Assembly (NCBI GenBank): GCA_028534125.1
Contig: CM052817.1
Location: 69,566,001-69,630,000 of the forward strand
Direction of reading: 5' to 3'
Source: Lama glama
Taxonomy: Eukaryota
DNA: 64,000 nucleotides
This document shows, piece after piece, positions 63,385 through 64,000 of the stretch. The notes under the pieces are model-generated. The model was not told where the DNA came from and did not search any database. It saw only the letters and a list, made by a program, of their open reading frames with translations. The first letter of the stretch is position 1, and each line of letters starts with the position of its first letter. A program made the translations under genes and the position numbers.

Positions 63385-63939
63385 TGTATTAATGGGATTC
63401 TCCAGAGATACAGAATTAAAAGGATGTATACAGATATATATAAGAGGAGATTTATTACAAGAATTAGCTCATGTGATTATGGGAAACAAGAACTCTCATG
63501 ATCTGCTGTCTGCACCCTGGAGACCCAAGAAAGCTGGTGGTGTTCAGTCTGAGAATGAAGGCCTGATGACCAGGGAAGATGATGGTGTAAGTCCAGGTCC
63601 AAAGTCTTGAGAATCAGGGAGCTGATGACATAAGCTCTGGTCCAAGTCCAAAGAAAAGAACCAGTAGAGCTGATGTCAGAGGGCACAAGAAGATGGATGT
63701 TTCAGCTCAAACAGAGCAAATATACCTTTCCTCTGCTGTTTTGTTCTATTCAGGCCCTCAAGAGATTAGATGATGTCCTCTTGCATTGGTGAAGTGATCA
63801 TCTTTACTAGGGTTAACAATTCAAAATTCTAATGTCTTCCAGAAACATGCCCACAGACATACCCCAAAATCATATGTTTTACCAGCCATTTGGGCATCCC
63901 TTAACCCAGTCAAGTTGACAGACAAAATTAACCATCACA
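63385..63939 (-). mobile_element. MLT2B-type ERVL solo LTR
   Basis: + strand tgtattaatgggattctccagaga ... ccagtcaagttgacagacaaaattaaccatcaca; perfect 5-bp TSD CTCAT (63380-63384 / 63940-63944). Confidence 0.95.
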
Positions 63940-64000
63940 CTCATTACCACATATTAAACCAAATGATGTATAGGAAAATTCTGTGATTCCAAATGCAATT

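Noticed and set aside
1..64000. Remaining 60-155 aa ORFs as host genes
   Set aside because: Either L1/LTR-derived or unrecognisable, many with non-ATG starts; no consistent exon chain or domain
1..64000. CRISPR array, operon or other prokaryote-type system
   Set aside because: Sequence is mammalian and repeat-rich; no regularly spaced repeat-spacer array or dense gene cluster

Overview
Mammalian genomic DNA, AT-rich and CpG-poor, most likely camelid (camel/alpaca/llama). That assignment rests on two Vic-1-like tRNA-Ala-derived SINEs and camelid-style L1 3' ends, with no Alu, Bov-B/Bov-tA or PRE-1 seen. I cannot support any host protein-coding gene: the window looks intergenic or deep intronic, and every recognisable ORF is retroelement-derived. 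It holds many L1 fragments of different ages, L2, MIR, MLT1/MLT2 and other ERV LTRs, MER DNA transposons, a full-length U1 snRNA retrocopy and a 500-N gap. The strongest observations are: (1) a perfect plus a 1-mismatch estrogen response element 78 bp apart with a forkhead site between them (11954-12046); (2) a ~2.7-kb inversion (44970-47670) that splits an L1, reconstructed from an inverted TSD and tied to a second L1 insertion; (3) an antisense U1 retrocopy forming a ready-made 152-nt cassette exon; (4) a MER121-like ancient element; (5) a nested, poly(A)-less L1 with target-site deletion. I found no evidence of a new multi-gene system. Repeat family names come from recalled consensus motifs, not database searches.
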